Assembly (NCBI GenBank): GCA_963695855.1
Contig: CAVOHZ010000003.1
Coordinates: forward strand, 96,001 to 160,000
From: an uncultured Nitrososphaerales archaeon
GTDB lineage: Archaea; Thermoproteota; Nitrososphaeria; Nitrososphaerales; Nitrososphaeraceae
DNA length: 64,000 nucleotides
Direction: 5' to 3'
Below are positions 10,530 to 19,873 of this stretch, piece after piece. Numbering within the stretch: the first letter of the stretch is position 1; every line of letters begins with the position of its first letter. The position numbers were made by a program, and so were the translations under genes. The notes under the pieces are model-generated. The model was given only the letters and a program-made list of their open reading frames with translations. It was not told where the DNA came from and searched no databases.

Positions 10530-10652
10530 TTCTATAATATTAACAATGAATTTGAATTAAATAAAAATTCATATGATGATAATAAACAAAAATCAATTTT
10601 TAGCAATTTAGATAAAAGGTTTTTTATGTATATTAGACTTAGCAGATATAAG

Positions 10653-11147
10653 ATGCAACGAGATAAATCAGATAAAAAAGATTTACCAAAAGAAGGAAAC
10701 GCAGCTACTAATTTCAGATTTGAGGATAAAAACGGAGTAAAAATGGCACTTTCTGATCTTCAGGGTAAGCGAGTCGTTGTCTATTTTTATCCACGTGATT
10801 TTACTCCAGGTTGCACTATTGAAGCAGACGAATTTGCGCAGGATTATGAAAAATATAATGAAAAAAATATAGAAATAATTGGAATTAGTCCGGACGATGA
10901 AGGATCTCATAAGAAATTTAGAGAGAAAATGAATATTGGGTTTTTTTTAGCATCTGACATTCGTAATGAAATATCAAATTCCTATGGAGTTTACGTACAA
11001 AAAAAATTTATGGGAAAAGAGTATATGGGTATAAGTAGGACCACATTCATAATAGATGAAAAAGGAATTATAAGAAAAATTTTTCGAAAAGTAAAACCGA
11101 AAGGACATAGTCTTGAAGTTATGAAATATTTTTCACACAATAAATAA
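10653..11147 (+). CDS. bcp: Peroxiredoxin, BCP/PrxQ type
   Basis: YFYPRDFTPGCTIEA peroxidatic motif; RTTFIID; alternative start 10626. Confidence 0.9.
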   Translation: MQRDKSDKKDLPKEGNAATNFRFEDKNGVKMALSDLQGKRVVVYFYPRDFTPGCTIEADEFAQDYEKYNEKNIEIIGISPDDEGSHKKFREKMNIGFFLASDIRNEISNSYGVYVQKKFMGKEYMGISRTTFIIDEKGIIRKIFRKVKPKGHSLEVMKYFSHNK

Positions 11148-11201
11148 TTTATAAGAATGTTTAAGAAATACTTCCCTTCAAAAATCTAATATCAGATAAT
11201 T

Positions 11202-11744
11202 TCATAGATAAAGATCCTTCAATGCATCGTCAATTCTTTCAAGGTCCAACCCAAAGAATATGAAAAAAGACGTAGCTTTATCCAATGCGCTCTGATGGTT
11301 TTCGAGACCGTTATTTGAGCGATATGAAACTATGGTAGTGGAAACTATCTCCAATAGAGATCCCGAGATTTTATTCCATTGCCCAATTCCACTTTTATCT
11401 AAGCACCAGATTAGTCTAGATAACTTTGAAAATGCTCCTAATATTAAAATTCTGAGTTTTTGTAGAATGGTTTTTAACGGATTGTTATCAGCGAGGTTGG
11501 GTATCGTTTTACAAATCAAATCTTGATAATAATCCAAGTTCTTGATAATACTTATGGATTCACCAATAGAAGGGATTGTTCTCCTTAACGAAACAGTATG
11601 AAATTCAATTGCATCAAAAATATTTGCATACTTGCCAATCAGAAAAAAATCAGAGGCTATTCCGTCTTTAATAATTAATTTGCAACATTTTTTTATATCA
11701 TATTTATATAAACAATTATCTAGTATTAACGATGTTAGATCCAT
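11202..11744 (-). CDS. Hypothetical protein
   Basis: 180-aa ORF directly downstream of the ferritin-like gene; no motif recognised. Confidence 0.6.
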   Translation of the reverse strand: MDLTSLILDNCLYKYDIKKCCKLIIKDGIASDFFLIGKYANIFDAIEFHTVSLRRTIPSIGESISIIKNLDYYQDLICKTIPNLADNNPLKTILQKLRILILGAFSKLSRLIWCLDKSGIGQWNKISGSLLEIVSTTIVSYRSNNGLENHQSALDKATSFFIFFGLDLERIDDALKDLYL

Positions 11745-11755
11745 TCTAAAGTTAC

Positions 11756-12193
11756 TTATTTTGCTTGCCTTTTAGAATAAGTTTCTATTAGCTGTCTTAC
11801 GTGTTTTAATATCTGTATATGATGTTCCTCATCGACAACAACACTCTTGATAAGTTCCTTTATTTCTTGATCTTCAGCTAGATCGACGCATTCTGACAAT
11901 ATGTTTCTGGATTGAAGTTCTTCTTCTATTGACTCATCAATGCCATCTTTAGTCAAATGCATACTTCCAGAAGCGCCTTCTATTTTTGACATCGCCTGGG
12001 TAATATATTGAATATGTTTAATCCCATCATTTAATAACGTATTGAAGTAATTTCTAATAAGGTTGTTCTCGATATCCTTGAGAATTGAACTGTAGTGCAT
12101 GATTTCATGTTTTTCTGCTTCATGTTGTTTTTTTAGTAATTCGTACAGTCTCTGTTTCTTTTCAAAATCTACACGATGCGTCAACATTCTCAT
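11756..12193 (-). CDS. Ferritin/rubrerythrin-like four-helix-bundle protein
   Basis: E...DGIKH and EEE...DEEHH spacing resembling a di-iron site. Confidence 0.7.
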   Translation of the reverse strand: MRMLTHRVDFEKKQRLYELLKKQHEAEKHEIMHYSSILKDIENNLIRNYFNTLLNDGIKHIQYITQAMSKIEGASGSMHLTKDGIDESIEEELQSRNILSECVDLAEDQEIKELIKSVVVDEEHHIQILKHVRQLIETYSKRQAK

Positions 12194-12253
12194 TATCCAG
12201 CTCGCTAATAAAAAAGTGACGTTTTTTATTTTCTAGTTAAATTCTTGAAAACA

Positions 12254-12260
12254 TTATAAT
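12254..12260 (+). promoter_or_regulatory. Putative TATA box for the small ORF at 12283
   Basis: GAAAAC-A-TTATAAT (purine-rich BRE-like element plus TATA) about 25 nt upstream of GTG 12283. Confidence 0.4.
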
Positions 12261-12282
12261 TACATATCGAATATTTAATTCT

Positions 12283-12411
12283 GTGTCAGGAGAAAATATT
12301 ATTTGTCAATGTACATGTCATATCAAATACGGCGATAAATCATTCTGCAGGAAATGTTTAGAAAAACATAAGGCCTCTCCATATTATAACATAATGAAAA
12401 AATTCGATTAG
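12283..12411 (+). CDS. 42-aa Cys/His-rich microprotein, putative zinc-binding (below ORF-track cutoff)
   Basis: MSGENIICQCTCHIKYGDKSFCRKCLEKHKASPYYNIMKKFD*; CxCxCH...CxxC...H; TATA upstream. Confidence 0.6.
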   Translation: MSGENIICQCTCHIKYGDKSFCRKCLEKHKASPYYNIMKKFD

Positions 12412-12426
12412 GATATTTTTAGTTGA

Positions 12427-12511
12427 TGCGGGAGATGGGATTTGAACCCACGAACCCCTGAGGGATAAGAGCCTCAGTCTTACGCCTTTGACCAGGCTGG
12501 GCGACCCCCGC
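12427..12511 (-). tRNA. tRNA-Leu(GAG)
   Basis: GCGGGGG/CTCCCGC-A acceptor stem, anticodon arm TAAGA-CT-GAG-GC-TCTTA, long variable arm, GGTTCAAATCC T-arm; no intron. Confidence 0.95.
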
Positions 12512-12611
12512 ACATTGACAAGACGTGAAATCATCTAATTTGAGTATTGTCATTAATTAAAGCCATATCTGAAAATAATAGTTTTTATATAATTTCGTTT
12601 TTCAATAAATT

Positions 12612-12845
12612 GTGTTAATTCCAGTCAGATGTTTTACTTGTGGAAATTTGGTTGCCGATAAATATTCTGAATATAAGGAACGAGTCAAAGCTGGAGAAGA
12701 GGACTCCAAGATCTTGGATTCATTGGGTATCAACAGATATTGTTGTCGAAGGATGCTTATTTCTAGCGTAGAAACAATTTACCAAGTTATTCCATACTAT
12801 GAGGTTCTAAGAAGAAGATTGACAGAAATGCAGTCAGATGGCTAA
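12612..12845 (+). CDS. rpoN: DNA-directed RNA polymerase subunit N (Rpo10)
   Basis: MLIPVRCFTCG...RYCCRRM signature. Confidence 0.97.
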   Translation: MLIPVRCFTCGNLVADKYSEYKERVKAGEEDSKILDSLGINRYCCRRMLISSVETIYQVIPYYEVLRRRLTEMQSDG

Positions 12846-12860
12846 ATTTGATGATACAAT

Positions 12861-14108
12861 ATGCCAAATATTACGGGCATCAAAGGAAGAATTGTTTTTA
12901 ATAGTAGAGGAAGTAAAAGCATCGAAGTCGATGTTGTTTCAAATGACAGATTCATAGGAAGGGCGTGTGCGCCGTCAGGTGCTAGTGTTGGAAAATTTGA
13001 AGCAATAAGTTTCAAGGAGAACAGTCCAGAAAAATCATTGGAAGAATTAAGGAATAATTTGCCTAAGTTTATAGGAATTGAATCTCAAGATCCAAAATCA
13101 ATTTATGATGTTTTAAAAACTATAGATGGTTCTGAAAATTATAATAAAATAGGTGGTTCTATTGCTTACGCTCTAAGCGTTGCCTCCTTGGAATCAGCTT
13201 CCAAAGCTCTAGAAATTCCTTTATTTAGATTAATCAAAGATTCTGGGGATTATAAATTTCCTTTTCCACTAGGCAATATTATTGGTGGTGGCTCGCATGC
13301 TGGACCTGGAACCCCTGATATTCAAGAGTATTTAGTTTGTCCTATAGGAGCGAAATCAATAATGGAGGCACTTGAAATGAACTTCAAGGTTCATCACGAG
13401 ACAAGAAAAATTTTGGAAACCAAGGATTGGAAATTCACATATGGAAGGGGAGATGAAGGTGCGTGGGCTCCGAATATTAATAACGATGAAGCGATAGAAA
13501 TTTTAGAAAGAGCTATTGAAAATTGTGGATATAGAATAAGAAAAGAAGTGGCATTAGGTTTAGATTTCGCGAGCTCGTCTTTATGGAATGAAAAAAATAA
13601 AGTTTATGAATATACAAGACAAGGTTTGACGAGATCTAAACAGGATCAAATTGATTTCGTAAATAGTCTAATTAGTAATTATCAGCTCATATATGCGGAA
13701 GATCCGGTGAATGAAGAAGATTTTGACGGCATGTCAACAATTTCACGAAACAATCCCAAATGCTTGGTTACTGGAGACGACATGTTGGTAACGAACAAAG
13801 ATAGAGTAAAGGAATTAGTTAATTTCGGATCATGTACTGGCGCTATATTAAAAATAAACCAAGCCGGAAGTGTATATGACGCCTTAGAATTTGCTAAAGA
13901 ATGTCACCGTAATACCATCAAAATAATTACATCCCACCGCTCTGGTGAATCGGTTGACTCTCATATCGCAGATGTGGCGATAGCAACTAGTTCTAAAATG
14001 TTGAAGACAGGTGTACTTGGAGGAGAGAGGATATCCAAATTAAATCAATTAATTAGATTAAACGAGTATGGTTTAATAAAAGGTATGGCTGATGTTTTCA
14101 CATCCTAA
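12861..14108 (+). CDS. eno: Enolase
   Basis: APSGAS, GDEG, EDP, GDD, ILKINQ, SHRSGES, KTG...ERISKLNQLIRL. Confidence 0.95.
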   Translation: MPNITGIKGRIVFNSRGSKSIEVDVVSNDRFIGRACAPSGASVGKFEAISFKENSPEKSLEELRNNLPKFIGIESQDPKSIYDVLKTIDGSENYNKIGGSIAYALSVASLESASKALEIPLFRLIKDSGDYKFPFPLGNIIGGGSHAGPGTPDIQEYLVCPIGAKSIMEALEMNFKVHHETRKILETKDWKFTYGRGDEGAWAPNINNDEAIEILERAIENCGYRIRKEVALGLDFASSSLWNEKNKVYEYTRQGLTRSKQDQIDFVNSLISNYQLIYAEDPVNEEDFDGMSTISRNNPKCLVTGDDMLVTNKDRVKELVNFGSCTGAILKINQAGSVYDALEFAKECHRNTIKIITSHRSGESVDSHIADVAIATSSKMLKTGVLGGERISKLNQLIRLNEYGLIKGMADVFTS

Positions 14109-14109
14109 A

Positions 14110-15120
14110 ATGAATGATAATACAGATATTGCGAATAATGAAAGAGAACCAATTAACTGCTTAAATATAGAAATGAACAATAATTTAGATCCTAATTCCG
14201 AAAATAAATTTGAAAAAAAGGAAAATTTTGTTGATACAGGTTCTGTAGAGGATACAGGTTCTGTAGAGGATACAGGTTCTGTAGAGGATACAGGTTCTGT
14301 AGAGGATACAGGTTCTGTAGAGGATACAGGTTCTGTAGAGGATACAGGTTCTGTAGAGGATACAGGTTCTGTAGAGGATACAGGTTCTGTAGAGGATACA
14401 GGTTCTGTAGAGGATACAGGTTCTGTAGAGGATACAGGTTCTGTAGAGGATACAGGTTCTGTAGAGGATACAGGTTCTGTAGAGGATACAGGTTCTGTAG
14501 AGGATACATATCCAGAAACAGAAAACTTAGAAAAGATGATTTTGTCAACCGGAATAAGAGTAGGTACTCCAGTAAAAACTAAATCCATGTCACCCTATAT
14601 CATTAGATCTAATCCTGAAGGTCTTTACATTTTGGATATAAGTAAAACACTACAACGAATAGATATCGCGGCTAAATTCATAGGCAGAACTGCTATATCC
14701 AAGGTAGCCGTAACTTCAGCTAGAGAATATGGGAAGAAACCAGTTGAAAAATTCTGTGAAGCAACGGGTGCTATTCCTATCCTAGGACGTTTTATGCCTG
14801 GAACATTTACAAATCCATCATTACCAAAATATCTTGAACCAGAAATTGTGATTGTGACGGATCCACAGGCTGATCATCAAGCTGTTATAGAATCTACTAG
14901 GGCAGGTGTTCCAGTAATTGCTGTTTCAAATAGCGATAATGTTATTTCGAACATAGATCTAGTTATTCCTGCAAACAATAGAGGTAGGAAGGCGTTAGCG
15001 ACTGTTTATTGGTTACTTGCTAGAGAGGTAATGAAGAAACAAGGAAAGATCAAATCAGATAAAGAAATGAAAGTAAGTATAGATGATTTCGAAACCAAAT
15101 TAGTAGAAGAAATGGTTTGA
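14110..15120 (+). CDS. rps2: 30S ribosomal protein S2 (uS2) with a long acidic repetitive N-terminal extension
   Basis: GRFMPGTFTNP, VTDPQADHQA, IPANNRGRKALA; ATG 14110 just after the eno stop. Confidence 0.95.
   Translation: MNDNTDIANNEREPINCLNIEMNNNLDPNSENKFEKKENFVDTGSVEDTGSVEDTGSVEDTGSVEDTGSVEDTGSVEDTGSVEDTGSVEDTGSVEDTGSVEDTGSVEDTGSVEDTGSVEDTGSVEDTGSVEDTYPETENLEKMILSTGIRVGTPVKTKSMSPYIIRSNPEGLYILDISKTLQRIDIAAKFIGRTAISKVAVTSAREYGKKPVEKFCEATGAIPILGRFMPGTFTNPSLPKYLEPEIVIVTDPQADHQAVIESTRAGVPVIAVSNSDNVISNIDLVIPANNRGRKALATVYWLLAREVMKKQGKIKSDKEMKVSIDDFETKLVEEMV
14233..14508 (+). repeat. Perfect tandem repeat, 15 x 18 bp GATACAGGTTCTGTAGAG plus a 6-nt partial unit, encoding (DTGSVE)15
   Basis: Counted directly: 14233-14502 = 270 nt = 15 identical units, then GATACA. 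Confidence 0.98.
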
Positions 15121-15965
15121 GAGATCTAATCAGGTCTCCCAATTTTGCAGGAATATTCTATCCTTCTAAAAAAGATGAGCTCTTAGATCTACTTAACAAA
15201 TGTTTTTACAAGAGCTATTTTGGTCCGAAAGAGAAATCTAACAAGTTATTCAAACAAAAGATTTATGGATTTGTGGTACCTCATGCAGCATATGAATTCT
15301 CTGGATCTATTGCTGCTCAAGCATACTATGAAATTTTAGACCTAAATACAGACACATTCATAATAATTGCTCCTGACCATAATGGAATAGGAAGTAAAAT
15401 ATCTATCCTAACTCAGGGATCATGGCAAACACCTCTTGGATTTATAAAAATAAATACTGATATCGCATCCAAAATAATGAAAAATTCAACAAAAATTGAG
15501 GTGAATGTAAGTGCTCATAAAATAGAACATTCGATTGAAATACAAATACCCTTTATCCAGTTTTGTAGAAAAAATCAATTCAGAATAGTTCCAATTCTAG
15601 TAAGGGACCAAGATGTAGAAACTGCTATTGAACTAGGAAGATCGATCGCTGAATCAATATACGATGAAAATGTTATCATTATCGCTACCTCTGATTTTAC
15701 TCATTATGAATCTCATGAACAGGCACATAATAAGGATCTGGAATTAATTAAAACAATAGAAAATTTAGAAATAAATTCATTTTATAGTACAATCAAAGAT
15801 ATGAACATTTCCTTGTGTGGACATGGGGCCATTGCTTCAGTTGTAAAAGCTGTGCAAATACAAGGAGCAAAAAAAGGGACCCTATTAAAATATGCCACTA
15901 GTGGTGAAATTCAATCAGATTATAGGAATACTGTAGTTGGATATTGTGCAATAGCATTCACATGA
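15117..15965 (+). CDS. MEMO1 family protein (AmmeMemoRadiSam protein B)
   Basis: AGIFYP, VVPHAAY, EHSIEIQIPF, TSDFTHY, CGHG, YATSG, VVGY. Confidence 0.92.
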   Translation: MRDLIRSPNFAGIFYPSKKDELLDLLNKCFYKSYFGPKEKSNKLFKQKIYGFVVPHAAYEFSGSIAAQAYYEILDLNTDTFIIIAPDHNGIGSKISILTQGSWQTPLGFIKINTDIASKIMKNSTKIEVNVSAHKIEHSIEIQIPFIQFCRKNQFRIVPILVRDQDVETAIELGRSIAESIYDENVIIIATSDFTHYESHEQAHNKDLELIKTIENLEINSFYSTIKDMNISLCGHGAIASVVKAVQIQGAKKGTLLKYATSGEIQSDYRNTVVGYCAIAFT

Positions 15966-16957
15966 AACATAGCCACAAAAATAACACTTCAGCATCAGCA
16001 CCAGGAAAAATAATTCTGTTTGGAGAGCATTTTGTTGTTTATGAGAAGCCAGCGATTCTTGCATCACTCAATAGAAGAATCTATGTCGAGGTAATTAGAA
16101 AACATTATGGAATAAATAACGAGATAGTAATTAACAACGAATTATTTGGAAATAAATCTTATCCTATTTCTATTATTGGTAATTTGAAAGAACAAAAAAT
16201 AATGAGCGATGAATATTATCCGATTCTATTCATAACAAAAAAAATTTTTAATGAAAATAAATATAAAGAAGGTTTAAAATTCACTTTCAAATCTGATATT
16301 CCTTATGGTATGGGCTTGGGTTCCTCTGCTGCTTCAGCAGTTGCTACAGTTGCAGCATTATCAAAGATATTTAATAAGAAAGTCGACGATAAAAAAATAT
16401 TAAAATTAGCAATAGAAGCTGAAAAATTAGTACACAAGAATTCGTCAGGAGCAGACTGTATAATTTCTGCTCACGGTGGTCTAATATTCTTTCAGAAGCA
16501 TACTAGATTCAAAAAGGTATACCCGAAGAAAGAACTATCATTTATTCTAATAAATACTGGGATCAGACATTCTACTGGACAGCTTGTAAATATTGTAAAA
16601 AAATATCAACAACAAAATTCAAGAGAGTTTGTTAATTTGTGCAAAACATCAGAAGAAATTACAAAAAGGGCAGCAAGAGCAATAGAAGAAGGTGATAACA
16701 TTATGGTAGGTGAACTAATGACTGAAAATCAAATAATATTAGACAAAATCGGTGTATCTAATAAAATAATCGATAGAATCATTAATTTATGTTCAGGATA
16801 TGGTGCTCTTGGATCCAAGATAACGGGTGCTGGCGGGGGAGGATGTATTTTGGCATTAACAGAACAAGAGAATAGAGAAAATTTTATATCAAAAATAAGA
16901 AAAGAAGGACTTAAGTGTATATCCGTAACTTTAGAAAGTAAAGGATTGTTATATTAA
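15962..16957 (+). CDS. mvk: Mevalonate kinase
   Basis: APGKIILFGEHFVVY, PYGMGLGSSAA, KITGAGGGG GHMP motifs; ATGA overlap with the upstream gene. Confidence 0.95.
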   Translation: MKHSHKNNTSASAPGKIILFGEHFVVYEKPAILASLNRRIYVEVIRKHYGINNEIVINNELFGNKSYPISIIGNLKEQKIMSDEYYPILFITKKIFNENKYKEGLKFTFKSDIPYGMGLGSSAASAVATVAALSKIFNKKVDDKKILKLAIEAEKLVHKNSSGADCIISAHGGLIFFQKHTRFKKVYPKKELSFILINTGIRHSTGQLVNIVKKYQQQNSREFVNLCKTSEEITKRAARAIEEGDNIMVGELMTENQIILDKIGVSNKIIDRIINLCSGYGALGSKITGAGGGGCILALTEQENRENFISKIRKEGLKCISVTLESKGLLY

Positions 16958-16991
16958 AATTTAAATCAAGTGTTTTTTTTCTATCTCTTAA

Positions 16992-17780
16992 TTGAGTAGC
17001 CAAGTTGTTTTAATAAAATTAGGTGGGTCAATTATAACTAATAAAGATAAACCTCTGAGTGCAAATCATCATGCAATTACAGATCTTGCAAAATCCATAT
17101 CAAAAATCAAACGTCCGTTAATATTAGTACATGGAGGAGGTTCATTCGGTCATTACTGGTCAGTTAAATTTGACATGCATACTAAACCAGAAAAATATAG
17201 TTCAAAAGGCATATCAATAGTTCATTCCTCGATGTTAGATCTTAATAAGATAATTAATGAAATTTTTGAAGAAGAAGGGCTTTATCCTTATAGCGTACCA
17301 CCATTTTCGTTCCTAAACAACGGAAAGCCATCAAGACTTAAAATAAAAGAATTAGAAAAAATGACTGAACATAATATTATTCCTATAACATACGGAGACG
17401 TCGTCCATATGCATGAAAATAAATATTCTATACTTTCAGGTGACGTAATTATGAGGTTATTAAGTAATATTCTAAACCCGTACAAAGCTATCTTTACAAT
17501 CAATGTAGATGGTTTGTACAATAATTTAATAGAAAAAAAAATAATAGAAGAAATAAAACCATCGAACTTCAATATAAAGAATAAAAAGATAATAATGAAA
17601 CAAATTGGTGAAATCAATGATGTGACAGGAGGTATGAAAAGAAAAGTTGAAGAAGCTATAAAGATTGCTAAACATGGAAATGATGTTATTTTTCTCAATG
17701 GATTGCATCCATATAACCTTGAAAAAGTATTCAAAGGAAAAAAAATCAAAGGTACAATTTTTAAAGCCAATAACAAGTAG
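16992..17780 (+). CDS. ipk: Isopentenyl phosphate kinase
   Basis: KLGGSIITNK, VHGGGSFGH, SGD, DVTGGM; mevalonate operon context. Confidence 0.92.
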   Translation: MSSQVVLIKLGGSIITNKDKPLSANHHAITDLAKSISKIKRPLILVHGGGSFGHYWSVKFDMHTKPEKYSSKGISIVHSSMLDLNKIINEIFEEEGLYPYSVPPFSFLNNGKPSRLKIKELEKMTEHNIIPITYGDVVHMHENKYSILSGDVIMRLLSNILNPYKAIFTINVDGLYNNLIEKKIIEEIKPSNFNIKNKKIIMKQIGEINDVTGGMKRKVEEAIKIAKHGNDVIFLNGLHPYNLEKVFKGKKIKGTIFKANNK

Positions 17781-18878
17781 TTGAGAGATATGTCTGATCG
17801 TAAGGAAGAAGAGATTAAAATCATTATGCAACGAAAGAAGGACGGAATAGATATTCCTCTTTCTAATAATGTTCAATCTAGGTTTTCTTCTACCTATTTA
17901 GAATATGTAAAACTAATTCACAACGCATTACCTGAGATTAATTATCAAGATATAGATCTTTCCACCAGTTTCCTAAATCACAAATTTGCATCTCCTATAA
18001 TAATAGATTCAATGACAGGGGGGACACAAGAAGCTTCAAAAATTAATTTGCGCTTAGGAAGGATAGCAGAAAAATACCAACTGGGCATGGGACTCGGAAG
18101 TCAGAGGGCAGGATTAAAAAGTGAGTCCCTGGCGGAAACATATTCTATTGCAAGAAAAAATGCACCATCGGCATTCTTGATAGCAAATATTGGAGGAGCT
18201 CAGCTTGCTGAAGGACTAGATATTAATATGATCGAAAAAATCATTTCAATGATAGAAGCGAATGCTTTAGTTATTCATCTTAACCCGCTACAAGAACTAA
18301 TTCAACCAGAAGGGGAACCTCGTTATAAAGGTGTAGTTGATAAAATATCCTATCTTAAAGAAAAAATAGATGTACCTATTATAGTAAAAGAAGTTGGATC
18401 AGGAATTTCGAAAGAGGTAGCGGTCAAGTTAGAAAACATTGGAGTAAATTGCATCAATATTTCCGGTTCAGGAGGAACGAGTTGGGCAGGAATAGAAGGG
18501 ATTCGGGCAGGACGAGCAAAAAATACAATAAAAGAACATCTTGGAGAATTGTTTTGGGATTGGGGCATTCCTACTGCTCTTAGCCTCATAGAAGTAAAAA
18601 AATCGGTACACATTCCATTGATTGCATCAGGGGGAATTAGAAATGGTTTGGAGATCGCGAAATGTTTAGTGTTAGGAGCAAAAATGTGCGCACTAGCCTA
18701 TCCCTTTCTCTATGCAGCTTCCCAATCAGAAGAGACTCTTGTTGAATTTACAGAATTGATCATTGCTGAACTTAGGAGTGTAATGTTTCTTACAGGCTCG
18801 TCAAATATTTCTCAATTACCAACATTAAGATATATATTAACAGGAGAATTAGCAGATAGGGTTACCAAAAATGAATAA
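17781..18878 (+). CDS. fni: Type 2 isopentenyl-diphosphate isomerase
   Basis: SMTGG, GSQRAG, HLNPLQELIQPEG, VKEVGSG, GGTSW; alternative start ATG 17790. Confidence 0.95.
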   Translation: MRDMSDRKEEEIKIIMQRKKDGIDIPLSNNVQSRFSSTYLEYVKLIHNALPEINYQDIDLSTSFLNHKFASPIIIDSMTGGTQEASKINLRLGRIAEKYQLGMGLGSQRAGLKSESLAETYSIARKNAPSAFLIANIGGAQLAEGLDINMIEKIISMIEANALVIHLNPLQELIQPEGEPRYKGVVDKISYLKEKIDVPIIVKEVGSGISKEVAVKLENIGVNCINISGSGGTSWAGIEGIRAGRAKNTIKEHLGELFWDWGIPTALSLIEVKKSVHIPLIASGGIRNGLEIAKCLVLGAKMCALAYPFLYAASQSEETLVEFTELIIAELRSVMFLTGSSNISQLPTLRYILTGELADRVTKNE

Positions 18879-19872
18879 CGATATTAAAAATGATATAGAA
18901 TCTCACATTAACACTGTTAACAATTATCTTGTTTCTTTACTGAGAGGTAACCCTCAAGAACTCTACCAGGCATCATCACATTACATCATAAGTGGAGGAA
19001 AACGCCTGAGACCTATAATGACAATAAAATCATGCGAAATGTTTGGAGGGTCAGAACAGGATGCGTTGCCAGCTGCATCAGCAGTAGAATTTATTCATAA
19101 TTTTTCCTTAGTGCATGATGACATAATGGATAATGATGATTTTAGACACGGCATACCAACCGTACATAAACATTTTGGTATCCCTTTAGCCATATTATCA
19201 GGAGATATTCTATTTTCAAAAGCATTTCAGATACTGTCATGTAATAGTAACAATTCGATAAAGGATAGTTCTTTGTTGAATATGGTTCAAAGACTTGCGA
19301 CAGCGTGTATAGATATATGTGAAGGACAGTCGCTAGATATGCAGTTATCTAGATTAAAATCATTCCCTACAGAAGCAGAGTATATAGAAATGATCTCTAA
19401 AAAAACTGCAGCGCTTTTTGAGGTCTCTTGTTCTCTTGGAGCTCTCTCTTCTAAAGACGCAACAGAAGAAGATGTGAATAATTTAGCATCATTTGGAAGA
19501 AATTCAGGAATCGCCTTCCAATTGATAGACGATTTAATTGGAATTAAAGGTGATTCAAGGGAAACCGGTAAATCAGTTGGCAATGATGTTAGAGAAGGTA
19601 AAAAAACCTTTCCTATTCTTTTATCAATTAAAAATGCTGACTCATACCAGAAACAAAAAATTTTAAATGTTTTTGGAAATAAAGACTCTAACAGTAATGA
19701 GATGGAGGAAGTCGTAAAAGTAATATCTTCTCTTCATATAGAACAAATTGTTAGAGATACAGCTATGAATTACATAAAAAAAGCAATGGATTCAATAACT
19801 AGCTATGAACAATCAAATTCCAAAAAAATACTGCAAGAAATCTCTTTTTTTATCATGAATAGGAGTAAGTAA
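18871..19872 (+). CDS. Geranylgeranyl diphosphate synthase (polyprenyl synthetase)
   Basis: GGKRLRP, HDDIMD (FARM), FQLIDD (SARM), GKKT. Confidence 0.93.
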   Translation: MNNDIKNDIESHINTVNNYLVSLLRGNPQELYQASSHYIISGGKRLRPIMTIKSCEMFGGSEQDALPAASAVEFIHNFSLVHDDIMDNDDFRHGIPTVHKHFGIPLAILSGDILFSKAFQILSCNSNNSIKDSSLLNMVQRLATACIDICEGQSLDMQLSRLKSFPTEAEYIEMISKKTAALFEVSCSLGALSSKDATEEDVNNLASFGRNSGIAFQLIDDLIGIKGDSRETGKSVGNDVREGKKTFPILLSIKNADSYQKQKILNVFGNKDSNSNEMEEVVKVISSLHIEQIVRDTAMNYIKKAMDSITSYEQSNSKKILQEISFFIMNRSK

Positions 19873-19873
19873 A

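Noticed and set aside
11161-11215. Possible fifth frameshift next to a GATC, extending ORF 11202..11744 by LSMKLSDIRFLKGSIS*
   Set aside because: No motif or gene-overlap evidence to prefer the longer form; not counted without homologs
14233-14508. 18-bp array as a CRISPR array
   Set aside because: Units are contiguous with no spacers, lie in frame within rps2, and no cas genes are present
14073-14588. Antisense ORFs (PVSSTE)n and (LQNLYP)n
   Set aside because: By-products of a stop-free repeat on the strand opposite rps2
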